The notes under the pieces are model-generated. The model was given only the letters and a program-made list of their open reading frames with translations. It was not told the origin of the DNA and made no database searches. Position numbers and translations under genes: made by a program. Shown piece by piece: positions 63,781 to 64,000 of a DNA stretch of 64,000 nt. Source of the stretch: Azolla caroliniana (Eukaryota > Plantae > Polypodiophyta); NCBI GenBank assembly GCA_043228905.1, contig JBHGNT010000016.1:1674001-1738000 (forward strand), given 5' to 3'. Positions within the stretch are counted from its first letter, which is position 1, and each line of letters starts with the position of its first letter.

Positions 63781-64000
63781 TCTAGAATCTGTAACGCTTA
63801 AAATGCCCTCTCTCTCTTCTGCTTTTCCAAGATATTCCCTCTTATTCCTCATTTATTGTGCATGTTTGATAGTACAAGAGTCGCTTAACTACCAAAAAAC
63901 CATTTCACACATGTTTCCCAATTTTGTATAAATAGGCTATACCGGCCTCTTTTGTAATAACTTTACTTTTGCTGCTAGTTGCAAACAGCTCTTTGGCTGT

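Overview
Eukaryotic land-plant nuclear DNA, intron-rich and packed with transposons. A fern or other seed-free lineage is likely, inferred from the PLS-PPR fragments plus RTEX and Penelope-like elements. Hand-spliced host genes: (1) the N-terminus of a membrane-anchored protein running off the left edge; (2) a 3-exon COA6/COX6B-like gene; (3) two intact, tandemly duplicated 5-exon STP-family sugar/H+ symporters (484 aa each); (4) an intron-rich, strongly divergent sigma-70-type organellar sigma factor (about 14 exons); (5) the 3' eight exons of an AFG1/ZapE-family ATPase ending in an EF-hand pair, whose 5' exons lie beyond a >13-kb nest of retroelements. The intergenic and intronic space holds hAT-type MITEs, three Ty1/copia elements, Ty3/gypsy remnants, L1 and RTEX LINEs in (GA)n microsatellites, a Penelope-like RT with an inverted partner copy, retroposed PPR and RAV1/DMXL fragments, and an old plastid rpl14 insertion. 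The strongest leads are the remodelled sugar-binding pocket of the STP pair, the AFG1-EF-hand fusion and the sigma factor with rewritten promoter-recognition regions. All gene models and alignments were done by eye; no database searches were run.
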